The translations under genes were made by a program, and so were the position numbers. Under the pieces are notes generated by a model. That model saw only the letters and a program-made list of their open reading frames with translations. It was not told where the DNA came from and ran no database searches. DNA of 55,386 nt from positions 225,724-281,109 of the forward strand of contig NIVC01000369.1 in the NCBI GenBank assembly GCA_002269645.1. The letters are read 5' to 3'. Positions 40,706 to 53,278 of the stretch are shown one piece after another (within the stretch, counting starts at the first letter, position 1; each line of letters opens with the position of its first letter). Origin of the DNA: Macrostomum lignano (Eukaryota).

Positions 40706-41010
40706 TTCCAAGTGCAGTCACACTAATCTGGGGCTAAATTGGAATCTCGGCTTGGCTCTGCTCGTGCAGTTAACGTCCTTGATGACCAACCCCCAAGGCA
40801 CAGTGAAGTGTACATACCAAACGATAAATAAAAGTTAGGGCCGCTGTACACTCCTGTGTGAGTGTGTGCCTGTGCGTATGACTGCGTACGTATCCGCGCG
40901 CTTGTGTGCCTGCTCAGGGGAGTCGGAGGAATGGGCAGTAATGCTTCTCGCCGGTTGTGCGACAATGTCGCTTAAAGTGCGCCAGGGTGCACACAACCTC
41001 CTGCCTCTCA
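40690..41010 (+). mobile_element. 5'-truncated copy of the same SINE as 13727-14012, with ~105 bp of extra internal sequence
   Basis: ccaggctcgattccaagtgcagtc...ggaatctcggcttggctctgctc...aaggcacagtgaagtgtacat...acgataaataaa and ctcgcc.gttgtg.gacaatgtcgcttaaagtgcgc.agggtgcacac match the reverse complement of 13750-13975. Confidence 0.8.
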
Positions 41011-42899
41011 TAAAAGCCCAACCAAGGGCGAGGACAGCCGCGGAATCTGCGTTTTGTCGACTGCCTGATGCCTGACGCTGGCGTCCCGAATTAGGTGGGC
41101 CTGAGAGTGTACATGCGAACAAACTAAATAGTTGGTCTACATTGAGTGCAAGCGAACGTAAAAATGCAAACGCACAGTCGTAACACTGACTGTCTATATA
41201 GTCCGATACTTTATCGAGCAGCCAACTTCTAGTTATGACCGTATCTACATACCCGGTCTTTCCTCTGGACCTATTAGATTCAAGGATTCCTTAAATAGAG
41301 CTGAAAAAGTCTCCGGCCATACAGAAGTCCAAGACTCCTTCTACTGCATACAGTCGGCAAAAGTAAAGCAATTTTGCCTGTCTAGCTCAGAGAAACACAT
41401 CGAGCACAGATTTGATTTATCATGCCCCCTTCAAGGTAATAAAATCAGCCTCCAAGTTGGGCATTACTGACAATCCGACCACTTCTCACAGAGTTTCGTG
41501 TGCTTGGGTAAAATTAGCCCCTACCGACTATTTTCTTTTTTAGGGCAAAACTTGCAAAAAAAAATCGAAAAAATATCAGAGTTTCTCATAGCACCATCAA
41601 ACAAAATTGCTCATTCAATTTATCAACTATCCTCAGTCCATTTCGATAATTATTTATCATATTTTTCTCCATAGTGGCAGCTTATGGTATTTATTAGAAT
41701 TTTTTGGTAGATTGATAAATCATTAAAATTAAAATTAAAATTAGCGAAGCCCAGCAGGACAAAAGATGGCGGCAGTTTTGCGTGCCAAACGCTTTCTAAA
41801 ATCAATTAAATTTTGAAATCAACGAGCCTTTCAAATAATGAAAAGGCCCGCTTCAGTTACGCGTAAATTGCGCTTGTTAAAAATTCCCCAGGCGCAACAA
41901 CTGGAGCTTCCGTAGGGCGTGGCTTTGCCGGCTCTTTCTGTCTGTCTCTCAGGTTAATTGAGCGAGACTAATCTTTTCGGTTAAAATTTATACCTCTTTT
42001 TTTGCGATCCAGTTCCACAAAAATTGCAATCCATTGTGCGTGCGGAACTTTCAGCTTATCCAATATCCCATTATGACCCTGCTTGAGCCATAGACTGATC
42101 TCCGAAAACAGCCTCCAAAGTTTGCCCAAGAAGAATTTTCATTTTGAATCAATTCAATTAGTGGATGTATTGAATAATATCAGTGAGCAACGAACCAAGG
42201 ACCACTGTAGTATAAGTGGGCATAAAACTTAACATGTAACTTTTGGAGGTCAATTTCTTAGAAAAAACACACTTTGGAGATAGCAAAACATCATTTTTAA
42301 GCATATAATCAGTGATTGCATTTAATTTGAGGCAGTTAAAGATTGCGATTCAGATAATCTAGCGAGCACAACATGTTACTCTGTTGTAATTTACATATAG
42401 ATAGCCGTGTAGTGAAAGTTTCATTTTCATATTGTTTTCTTTTTATTTTATAAACCCAAAGTTGTAAATAATCACAACTGGCGTTAGCTGAACTTTTTGT
42501 TGTGTTACTTTTTTTAATCAAGTGTATTTATTGTTAAAATCGTTGCATGCAGGTACTCAAAAGCCATAATTGTAGGCATAATTCTATTTCAACACTTATT
42601 AGTTCCTACATACATTACACATTTCCATTTTTCATTTCCTCTAGCAAGGACTTCCCCTGGGGTTGAGCAAGACGGGGCTCTTTGCAACACCTGTCGCATG
42701 CTTTGACATGATGCTGGTCCTCGCCTCTTATCTTCATCTTGGAAACAGGTGGGTCCATGATGTAATCCTGTACAGAGTTGATTTCAAAAGCCACTGTCTC
42801 AGATCTCCTTGATGCGCATCGTGACAGTGCATCTGGTATTGGGATTTCGTGTGACAGCTTATGAACATGGCTTATCTTTGCAGTCGTGCAGCTGTGATG

Positions 42900-43780
42900 G
42901 TACATGTACGAGTATAAGATGATTTTTAGATGGATGGAAAATGTGCATTAGAGGTTTGTTGTCAGTCACCAGCTGAAAATTTCTTCCTCAAATAAATTTA
43001 TGCAGCTGACATCATCTTGGTAGCTGGGAAAATTTGGGTAGTCCGATTTAACCATTGGTTGAAGTTCGCCAACTGTTTTGCTTCGAATGGCAAGCTGTTG
43101 TAACGAAAAGTCCAAACAATTGTCGAGAGTGTGTTCATTTCAACCCTGAGCCATGCAATTCTTTTACAATATGTGTCTTCAGTAGATGGAGTTGTCGACA
43201 CCATGCTTTGAAATTTAGGGTCAAACTGATATTTAATCTTTCATTTTCCTTGCGGATTACCGCTATTAGTGTCGTATAAAACACTTACAATCCACTGAAT
43301 TCCTTCTTTTTACCAAACAATGTATCCCATTCTTTTTTGACAGCGTCTCGCAGTCCGTATGAAATCGTTCGGGGCCTCAGGAAAACTACAAACTTCTGGA
43401 ATATGCAAATCCAATTAAGGAGAAAATGGCATTCATTCAGATGCGGCCCATGATCTGTGACCCTGCTTCTGCACTGCAGGAGTTGAATTTTAAAGTCTTC
43501 TTTGCACACTAGGAACATCCGCCCCAGTATCAAAGGTCATTGCAATCTGGTTTCCCACAACAGTAGAGTATCTAGAACAGGACGGCTTGCTTGCAGTAAA
43601 AATGTAATGCTCAGAGACTTTTCCTGGGTCTGTTACACCTCCTATGAGAAGATGAACTTTCAGCTCCGGCCTCTTTTGCCAGGGCATTGCTCAAAATGCT
43701 GTTGTGCTTTCTAAACAATTTTTCGCAAAAAATGCTACTTTTCACAATGCTGAATGGCGTTTGGCCATAGACAAATTACT
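42900..43780 (+). pseudogene. Highly decayed hAT-like transposase
   Basis: Collinear motif remnants: W(D)GK ~42930, VRQLFCFEWQA..T, RWSCRHHALK (CxxH motif), SGP, ATFHNAEW (cf. GA.HHARW). Many stops. Confidence 0.45.
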
Positions 43781-45019
43781 CGTACATCGAGAAATTCGAG
43801 CTAGAAATAAAATTTCCATTGGAGAACAGAATTCAACCGGTACGATGACTCTACAAGAAAAATTGTTTGAAGAATATTCAATTTACGCTACTAAGTAAAA
43901 CCAGTAGAAGATAGCGAACATGACAATAATAATCGAATTGATAACAAGGGAGGGGCCTGAGTCGGGCTGGCCAGCTTGCCACGAGGGAGAAAACTGAAAC
44001 CGGAACGTTCGGACTCGGCTGAGGCTTGACAGAGAGGTGAGGATGAAGGAGCGGAGGCTGGAGGAGGGGAGGGCATCGCCTCTGAGGCGATCTAGTTCTA
44101 ACTTGATCTTCTCTCTCCTTCTCTCTCTTCCGTCATCCTCATCACGGCGCCTCCTCTCCGCGGTGCTCAGCAGCCTCTCTCTCGCAGGTCTTCCCTTCAT
44201 CCCCGCAGTTCCCCTGCCCACGCAGGTTGCTCTCCTTCCGTCTGGGAAAGCTCCCGTCGATTGGCATGGCCGGGGCTACTCAAAAGTCCGCAGCCCCTGG
44301 GGAGCAGTGCTCATTGAATGCGAGGGAGAGATTTCAGATGAGGCGGCGGGGGAAGTCGGACGGCCATCGATCGATCTGCGCGAGCAGGGAAGAGAGTAGA
44401 GGAAGAACGGAGGCAGGAGTACAAACTGTTTCTGTTGCCCTCCCCTCGGGCGCGCTCGCTCCTCTTGCATCTATCTATCCGTATCTCTCGCTCCCTCGCC
44501 TCCCTAATCCAAATATCCCAGTCCCAGCTCCCAATGGGAGAAGGAATAGTGAGGAGGGAGAGAGAACAGGCAAGCGAGCGGCAAACGTTTGTACCACCTC
44601 GAGGCGTTTGCGGCGAGTGAGTGCGAGAGAAAGGCATCGAGACGGAATCCCGTCTACCTCCTGCTGTGGTAGCCCCAGCTCCCCCCCCCCCCCACCCAAA
44701 TAGGAGGCAACGAAGACTCTTTTTGGTAAAGGGTAAGAAACATGAAGGATGCTGAACGGAGAGGAAGAAATGAGGCTTAGAGCGAGAAAGAGAGGGATGA
44801 GGTACAGATGGAGGTCGGGCGAAGTTGCGTGCGCAGGTCGCGGGGGAAACTATTTCGCGTCCGGCCCCGGTTCTCATCGGATCGCATCTCTGCGGCTGGC
44901 CCAGCCCTGTTCTCCGCCACTGCACTCCTCGCCCATTCCCCCCTCCCTCGGAGGCTGACCCCTCCTCTTCCTCCGCTGCCGCCGCCTAGCCTCAAAGCAC
45001 TGACGCCGCACAGGCCCTC

Positions 45020-45025
45020 TATAAA
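45020..45025 (+). promoter_or_regulatory. Candidate TATA box upstream of complexin
   Basis: TATAAA 130 bp upstream of the ATG, at the end of a GC/GA-rich region. Positional evidence only. Confidence 0.3.
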
Positions 45026-45149
45026 GAGTTCAGAAAACAGCACACTTAGACGCTGATAGAGGTGAAAAGTGTCTTTCAAAGGACGCAAATAATACGCCAA
45101 AGAAACATTTTGAGCAGGTAATTTCAGGTGCCTACAAAGCAGCAAAACA

Positions 45150-45365
45150 ATGGCCGGTTTCATCGCCAAACAGCTTGTTGGCAAGCAGATGGATAGCGTC
45201 AAAAAGATGGGCGGCGAGGAAGCCAATCCGGAGGACACCGAGAAGCAGGCCGAGGAGGCGGCCGCCATCGCCGAGGCTCTGGCTGAAGAGAAACGAAAAC
45301 GCGACGAGAAGCATCAGAAAATGGAGGCGGAGCGCGAGGAACTGCGGCAGGGAATTCGCGACAAG
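45150..45365 (+). CDS. cpx: Complexin, exon 1
   Basis: MAGFIAKQLVGKQMDSVK...EEKRKRDEKHQKMEAEREELRQGIRDK is the complexin N-terminus and central helix. Donor AAG|GTGAGC. Confidence 0.96.
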
Positions 45366-45590
45366 GTGAGCGGAACATCGCGTACCTGTTCAGGTTAATG
45401 AGAAATCGGTTAAGAAGTCTGAATCGAAGTACCGGGGTCATATTAGACTGGGAATCTTCATTACGAGCGTAACGCCATCACCCCACTGAAGTTTCTGGAG
45501 GCTCTGGTAGTAATTAAGCGCGGTACCCCTTAACCTAGCAAAGTTCGAGCTATTGCGAATAAACGAACGAATGCCTCATCGTGACTTCAG

Positions 45591-45821
45591 TACAACATCC
45601 AGAAGAAGGAGGAGGAGTTCAACTTCGGCGAAATGGACGACGGCAAAGGGGTCGGCAGGAAACGCAAAACCCCGGAAGAGCTCGCCGCCGAGCGCGACCT
45701 CGAAGAGAAGGAGGATTTCGCCTCCTTCCTGCCCGAGGGCGTCCGGGACACTGTGCGCAACGTCACCGCCGTGCCCCAGAAGATGATCTCCGACGCGCAG
45801 GAGAAGTGCGTCATTCAGTAG
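45591..45821 (+). CDS. cpx: Complexin, exon 2 (148 aa total, C-terminal CAAX CVIQ)
   Basis: Acceptor ttcag|TAC AAC ATC completes IRDKYNI; contains RKRKTPEELA and ends EKCVIQ*. Confidence 0.96.
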   Translation, partial: YNIQKKEEEFNFGEMDDGKGVGRKRKTPEELAAERDLEEKEDFASFLPEGVRDTVRNVTAVPQKMISDAQEKCVIQ

Positions 45822-47894
45822 GGAGATACTCTCTGGCTCTTTACTAATTTCTTTTGATAAACTGACGCATTCTGTTTGCTATTTTTTGACAAGTTTCCCA
45901 CCGGGTGAAATCTCATCGGGCCAGTGAGGGAATCATTGTTTTGTTCGTTGATAGACTACACGATCGATATAGTAAAGTACACGGACTTGCACACTGGGGT
46001 ATGGAATCTATTTTTAGACGAGAACGTTTGGATCGATAAGAATAATATGGGGTGGCGGTTCAGCCGGGGTTAAGAAGAGCTAACAGTGTACAGGCCCTCT
46101 AAACGATGTACAGCTAAGTACATGAGAACGCGAGACCACCAATCGATAAAATGAAAAGGCTTATTCTCACTCTGTCCCGCGTCTAGCTAAATAGATCAGT
46201 TTGCCCCCGTCAATGCACTACGATGTTTTTCACTTAGTTTAGTAGTTGTTCTATAATTGCAATAGCTGCTGTTTGTTGCTTGATGGACACGTTGGTGGCT
46301 CCGTCTCTGCAGTGGCGTTGCAGCACTCAAGCACTAGCATCAGAACTCCCCAGCTCCCAATATTGGGCAAGGATTAATAAATTAGGCACAAATCTATGTG
46401 GCAGTATATGCAATAAAACTATTTATATATTTATATACACAATGAACTAACTTCTTGTTTTCACTACCTTAGCTTAGGTAAAAATGAAAGCGAATATTGT
46501 ATATTTTATTTATGTTTCACTGTTGCATAGTGGATATCAACCATCGTTGCATAATACTAGAATTGTATTTCTACATTTTTATTAACCGTTTTTATTCAAC
46601 TTTGCCCAGTCTATGTAGAATATGGTCAGTACGTGAATATCGCAGTAATTATTTATATTATTAGATGTTCCTTTTTTACTAGAGAACCTCGTAGTCATTC
46701 AAACAAATTGTTTTGATATTTTTTTCTGTAGAAAACGTATTTTTACGGGTTTTTTGCTGGCTAATAGCAGCGGGGCATATCCAGCACTGTCACTCTGCTT
46801 ACGTCTAACAAAGAATTTATAAGTGAATCCTCATCCGCTTCTTCACAGCGCAGAGCTAGATATATCTCTTGATCTGTCATTTTATGTCGCAGCAATTGTC
46901 AGCTTAAGACAGTTTGCAAAGGTGCAATTTGACGTTTTGTCTAATATATATTCCATTCCCTGTTGTATAAGTCGATGCAATGGCACTAATTATGACTTAG
47001 AACCTTTAACTCATCTCTGCGCGAGTATCGATTCGCTTGTTAATTTGAATTGGCGCCAAAATACGCCTTGTCGTTCCTTTTGGCGCGAATTCAAATTGAA
47101 AACAATTGATTGACATCGAGCTAAGAAATTAAAAAACATACCGATTTTAGATATATAAATAACTTTTCCAATTCCGGGTCTTGTTACTTCTGCTTACATT
47201 TTTATCTTCTCTGCAAAATGTTGACTCAGAGCAAGCAATTGCTTCGATATTTTCAACATGACGCTGATGTCTTACAACGAATTTGTGAATAACCATATCG
47301 GTCTATACACGTAGTTCATTAGTTTCAAGGTAATTTATGCTTGTATTTTTGTTAATTTGTTTACTTAATACTGAACAATATTCCGATTTCGTTATCGCTA
47401 TAGTTCGACCACTACTACCCCGTACCAGCCACTCAATGAAGGTGAGGACCGGTTGGGCTCATTATCCAAGCACCATTTATTAGATTAACCGAGCACCATA
47501 AATTACATAACTAAAAAAGCATATTATATAAATACTTATAAGTAAATAAAACATTAAAATTGCTTTAGCTAGTGATGATGCTTTGCTGTCATATTCAATG
47601 CATTACTATTTTACATTATATCTGTGCACTTATTTATGCTCGTAGTTGTATTATTTAACGAGTGAAGATATAAATTTGTGCAGATGAAGACTTAGGAAGC
47701 GTTGGAGAGACGCAATGTTATCTCGTTTGTCACAAAAGCATAATAAATAAAATATATGCTATCCACACGAGTACTCAATTCCGACATTTCGGAATTAAAA
47801 GCAAAACTTACGTTTGCTTTTCTTTAATCACCTTCATCTGCTCATTGGCGCTAAAATGCATTGATGACTCCCTTACTTCGCTTGAAAAGACAAC

Positions 47895-48580
47895 CTGCTA
47901 CCCCCGATGACACCCTGCTGCCCCCGATGGCACCCTGCTGCCCCCGATGGCACCCTGCTGCCCCGATGACACCCTGTTACTTCCGATGACCCCCTGCTGC
48001 CCCCAATGACACCCTGTTACCCCCGATAACACCCTGCTACCCTTGATGACACCCTGCTACCCCCTGATGACACCTTGCTATCCCCGATGACACCCTGTTA
48101 CCCCCGATGACACCCTGCTATCCCCGATGACACCCTGCTACCCCTGATGACACCCTGCTGCCCCCGATGGCACCCTGCTGCCCCCAATGACACCCTGTTA
48201 CCCCCGATAACACCCTGCTACCCTTGATGACACCCTGCTACCCCCTGATGACACCTTGCTATCTCCGATGACACCCTGTTACCCCCGATGACACCCTGCT
48301 ATCCCCGATGACACCCTGCTACCCCTGATGACACCCTGCTGCCCCGATGGCACCCTGCTGCCCCAATGACACCCTGTTACCCCGATAACACCCTGCTACC
48401 CTTGATGACACCCTGCTACCCCCTGATGACACCTTGCTATCCCCGATGACACCCTGTTACCCCTGATGACACCCTGCTATCCCGATGACACCCTGCTACC
48501 CCTGATGACACCCTGCTACCCCTGATGACACCCTGCTATCCCGATGACACCTTGCTACTCCCGATGACACCCTGCTACCC
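47895..48580. repeat. ~20-bp minisatellite GATGACACCCTGCTACCCC with ~180-bp higher-order structure
   Basis: The variant block aatgacaccctgttacc..gataacacc..ccttgatg recurs at ~48005, ~48186 and ~48364. Confidence 0.93.
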
Positions 48581-48590
48581 TTCTATTCAG

Positions 48591-48782
48591 GGAGACACCC
48601 ATACATGCGCTACCTTGGGAATCACCCGGCCGTTTCTATTGGCAACACACACATGTAAGTCGCTATTGGCTGAGAGCAGTCACGTGACTACTATTCTGTC
48701 CAATAGCGACACACATGTGTGTGTTGCCAATAGAAACGGCCGAGTGAATCCCAAGGTTGCACCCAAGCATGGAGACACCCAT
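48591..48782. mobile_element. Hairpin element (~63-bp arms) bounded by 12-bp direct repeats GGAGACACCCAT
   Basis: 48613-48675 pairs with 48694-48756, with the central palindrome GTCACGTGAC. Direct repeats at 48591 and 48771. Confidence 0.75.
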
Positions 48783-49384
48783 GGTAATAATATTACAATT
48801 CTGAAGCTTTAAAGTCTCATTAATACGAGTACCTTATATTAATTCTTAATCCATCATATATGGCTGCCTATAACGAAACTGCAGTTGAGAAAGCTTTTAA
48901 GAAAAACCATTTCCAACAACATTCTCATTAGACTGTCCACATTTCATCGAATCCTCATTCTTGTACAGAAATTCGGTATTCAATCTCTTCTTGCTCACAT
49001 TTGTTCACCATGTCAGCCAAGAGTCTGCAGCCGCCCACGCATCGAACCGGCTTTCTTTAATGTGTCGTTGGAGATTAGCTCACGAGTTTGTTTAGACCCA
49101 GAATTACAAGAAAGAAGTGCAGAGGCCCGCATCTGCTATCTATAGAAATGAAATTGATCAATTTTTGCCGGAACTGCAACTCGAATTGCACTGATCTGCT
49201 GGCAACGGCTCATGATGGCCAGGCTGCACTTTAGTGCCTTTGACCCTCAGTTCATCGCGTCACTTTGACAGAGAAAGTTTTATTCTCTAGATCCATCACA
49301 GATCTATTATTTATGCCTATGGCCCACACATTATTCTCTTAAGGCGTCCTCCGCCTCCCGTTTCGGCACTTTTCACTTCGGCAC

Positions 49385-49482
49385 CACATGGACACTACTG
49401 ACCCACATGGACACTACTGACCCACTTCAACACTACTGACCCACTTCAACTTTACTGACCCACTTCAACCCTACTGACCCAC
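49385..49482. repeat. 19-bp tandem repeat (CAC...ACTACTGACC), 5 units
   Basis: Directly visible. Confidence 0.85.
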
Positions 49483-50052
49483 AGACTGGACTCCGCCCTC
49501 TCTGATTCCGCACACTGACATCGGTATTCTCTAGAGCTTAATTCTTTATTTTTACGAAAAAAGATGGAATAAGCTTTAAAACGAGTTCAGAAGTTGCTGT
49601 GTGTTGTTGAGAAGGACGGAATGAAAAGCCTGTTTGACTTGTACCGCCCCTGCCTTCAAAACCCGCCCTAAACCCCCTTCGAGCTCAGGGCGAGAAAGTC
49701 CTCTCAATCCCGTTTCTCTCCACTGCTCTCCCTTGCACAAATAAGGAAGCAAGGAACTGAAGAGCGGTGTGCAGAGCTTTCCCTCCTTTTCGCTCCACAA
49801 GCCTCTCTCTCTTCACAGCATCACGTTCAAGTCTTAACAAGCTGGGATAAAGTTCTAGGTTAATTAGACAGGTTATTAAGGCGGTTAACGACTGCTTGTG
49901 AAGCGAATTGTTGGACTGCATGGACTGTACAGTACTGGTGCAAGAACGATGTATGAATTAGTGATAAAGTCAAAATTTCTTGAAAAATAATACTATAGAG
50001 ATAAACCACTATCTTGATTATTATAAAATTGTAGATTCACAATTGTAGATTT

Positions 50053-50472
50053 AGTCAGTCAGTCAGTCAGTCAGTCAGTCAGTCAGTCAGTCAGTCAGTC
50101 AGTCAGTCAGTCAGTCAGTCAGTCAGTCAGTCAGTCAGTCAGTCAGTCAGTCAGTCAGTCAGTCAGTCAGTCAGTCAGTCAGTCAGTCAGTCAGTCAGTC
50201 AGTCAGTCAGTCAGTCAGTCAGTCAGTCAGTCAGTCAGTCAGTCAGTCAGTCAGTCAGTCAGTCAGTCAGTCAGTCAGTCAGTCAGTCAGTCAGTCAGTC
50301 AGTCAGTCAGTCAGTCAGTCAGTCAGTCAGTCAGTCAGTCAGTCAGTCAGTCAGTCAGTCAGTCAGTCAGTCAGTCAGTCAGTCAGTCAGTCAGTCAGTC
50401 AGTCAGTCAGTCAGTCAGTCAGTCAGTCAGTCAGTCAGTCAGTCAGTCAGTCAGTCAGTCAGTCAGTCAGTC
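50053..50472. repeat. Perfect (AGTC)n microsatellite, 105 units
   Basis: Directly visible. Confidence 0.98.
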
Positions 50473-50780
50473 ACAAGCATTCATAATGCAATTAGACTTA
50501 GACTCAGTCACAAGCCTTCAAAATGCAATTTGACTTAGACTCAGCCACAAGCCTTCAAAATGCAATTAGACTTAGACTCAGCCACAAGCCTTCAAAATGC
50601 AATTAGACTTAGACTCAGCCACAAGCCTTCAAAATGCAATTAGACTTAGACTCAGCCACAAGCCTTCATAATGCAATTAGACTTAGACTCAGCCACAAGC
50701 CTTCAAAATGCAATTAGACTTAGACTCAGCCACAAGCCTTCATAATGCAATTAGACTTAGACTCAGTCACAAGCCTTCAC
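50472..50780. repeat. 37-bp minisatellite CACAAGCCTTCAAAATGCAATTAGACTTAGACTCAGC (~8 units)
   Basis: Directly visible; abuts the (AGTC)n tract. Confidence 0.95.
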
Positions 50781-51294
50781 AAGTCACAAGACTCATGACT
50801 CCCCAGAATGCTGAGTAAATATTCCGTTAAGCAATAAATGTACAGGCCGCGGGTAAGCAAAGCACACAGGCTGCACACGCAGCACTCGGTGCCAAGCATG
50901 CAATTAGACTTTTATTCAAATTTCGCTAACCCATGGACGACCGGCCCAAAGTCCGCGACCCTGTCCACTCAAAGCCGATCCTATTTTGCATAATAACAAT
51001 TCGAGCTCGCCTCGGCCCAGAGTCAAGGACTCCGATAAACGAGAGTCCTGTGTCCCATATCGTGCGAACAACTTCTGGTCGCTGCGAAATAATTTGCATT
51101 GGCTATAATCCACAGAGGACAAAAAAGGTTGCTAATGGGATTGAATCTAAGTAGAATTTTTAGCAAGATTAAGGGCGTGATATGTGAATTCATTGCCTGA
51201 ACAATTGTTCACAATGAACAATACACTTCTCTGAGACATGACAAAACGCGTCGTCTGGATCATTTTAGGAACTTTTATTTATAGGTGATGAACC

Positions 51295-52308
51295 TACCAG
51301 CTCTATCTACCAGCTCTATCTACCAGCTCTATATCCCTGCTCTAGCTACCAGCTCTAGCTACCAGCTCTATCAGCTCTATATACCTGCTCTAGCTACCAG
51401 CTCTAGCTACCAGCTCTATCTACCAGCTCTATATACCTGCTCTAGCTACCAGCTCTAGCTACCAGCTCTATCTATCAGCTCTATATACCTGCTCTAGCTA
51501 CCAGCTCTAGCTACCAGCTCTAGATACCAGCTCTAGCTACCAGCTCTATATACCTGCTCTTGCTACCAGCTCTATATACCAGCTCTAGCTGCCAGCTCTA
51601 TATACCAGCTCTAGCTACCAGCTCTATATACCAGCTCTAGCTACCAGCTCTATCTACCAGCTCTAGCTACCAGCTCTATCTACCAGCCCTAGCTACCAGC
51701 TCTATCTACCAGCTCTATATACCTGCTCTAGCTACCAGCTCTAGCTACCAGCTCTAGATACCAGCTCTAGCTACCAGCTCTATATACCAGCTCTAGCTAC
51801 CAGCTCTAGCTACCAGCTCTAGATACCAGCTCTAGCTACCAGCTCTATATACCAGCTCTTGCTACCAGCTCTATATACCAGCTCTAGCTACCAGCTCTAG
51901 ATACCAGCTCTTGCTACCAGCTCTATATACCAGCTCTAGCTACCAGCTCTAGCTACCAGCTCTAGCTACCAGCTCTATCTACCAGCTCTAGCTACCAGCT
52001 CTAGATACCAGCTCTAGCTACCAGCTCTATATACCAGCTCTAGCTACCAGCTCTAGATACCAGCTCTAGCTACCAGCTCTATCTACTAGCTCTAGCTACC
52101 AGCTCTAGCTACCAGCTCTAGCTACCAGCTCTATCTACCAGCTCTAGCTACCAGCTCTAGATACCAGCTCTAGCTACCAGCTCTATATACCAGCTCTAGC
52201 TACCAGCTCTAGATACCAGCTCTTGCTACCAGCTCTAGCTACCAGCTCTAGCTACCAGTTCAAGCTATCAGCTATAGCTACCAGCTCTAGCTACCAGCTC
52301 TAGCTACC
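51295..52308. repeat. 13-bp minisatellite CCAGCTCTAGCTA and variants (~75-80 units)
   Basis: Directly visible. Confidence 0.95.
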
Positions 52309-52829
52309 CTAAAAGTCTTTTACATTCCTTTCTTGCAACGAAAAATAGCTATTAAAAAACGGTCCGCACTACTCGTAGCATATCACAAATAGTATTTACG
52401 TTAGGACAGAGATGTGCTACCATCGGCAAAACAAGACAGCCATGGTTTAGTCATATATTTTCAAACAAAACAAACAAAGCAAACAAAATCGCGCCGCTTC
52501 ACTACAAAGCGGAGTGCGTTGCAGAGAATCCTGACGACTGCAGAGACATCAATTCTGTCAGCAGGTGCGACAAGGATAACCAATTTTATATCAATTGCAA
52601 TATGGCAACGAATGCTGTTATTAACTGGATTTACTGAGTTGTTGAAATTGTGCGTTTTTATCGATCAGAATAGTAAAATACGAGTATAATATTCACAGAT
52701 AGGCAAATATTGAGTATAGTGTTAGCAGCATGCAAAGCATTGAAGACAAAATACACTGTAGTATAAATAAGGTAACATAGAATAGCAGAGGTGCCAAGTA
52801 ATTGGGTGAATATGCTTCTGTCGTTGTAG

Positions 52830-53060
52830 ATGCGATGTAGCTGTAGGGGGGTCGTACCCTATACTCACGACTACTGAAAGGTCGGGGGTTCGATTCTCCA
52901 CCTTTCTCCACCTAAACTCACTTGGAACAATTTGTGTCTTTGAGCTTTTTTAACTCTGCATTAACTCTGCATTTAACTCTGCATTGCTTCAGTTCACCCA
53001 GCTGTAAAATGGGTGCCAGCATTAGCTGGGGTAATTTAGGGTGTGTGTGGCGACCCCCCC
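52830..53060 (+). mobile_element. tRNA-derived CORE-like SINE remnant
   Basis: B box GGTTCGATTC at ~52878, followed by tgtgtctttgagc...ttaactc...gcttcagttcacccagctgtaaaatggg, which resembles the CORE-SINE central domain. Confidence 0.55.
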
Positions 53061-53278
53061 CCCCAGTCCTTGGACTGAACAGCCGTACGCAGCGCGCAGT
53101 GCGCCGCGCAATAACCTCGGCTGAGCTGTCGGTTGCACATCTGGCCATTAGTGCAGGTGTAATCAGTTATTAAATTATTATTATAGATGCGCAATAACCA
53201 TCTAATTCAACAGTTCAGTTCAGGGTATAAGTAAAACAATTGCAATTTATGCAATAAAATTCATTTGCCAAATTTCTG

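Noticed and set aside
41200-41470. ~88-codon open frame resembling a transposon fragment
   Set aside because: The similarity is too vague to name a family.
43883-45056. Overlapping GC/GA-rich ORFs upstream of complexin
   Set aside because: Low-complexity, open on both strands, no recognisable domain; likely promoter or 5' UTR sequence.
52855-52900. tRNA gene
   Set aside because: A B box is present, but no full cloverleaf is evident and it runs into a SINE core. The tRNA-like heads at 13960-14012 and ~3320 are likewise SINEs.
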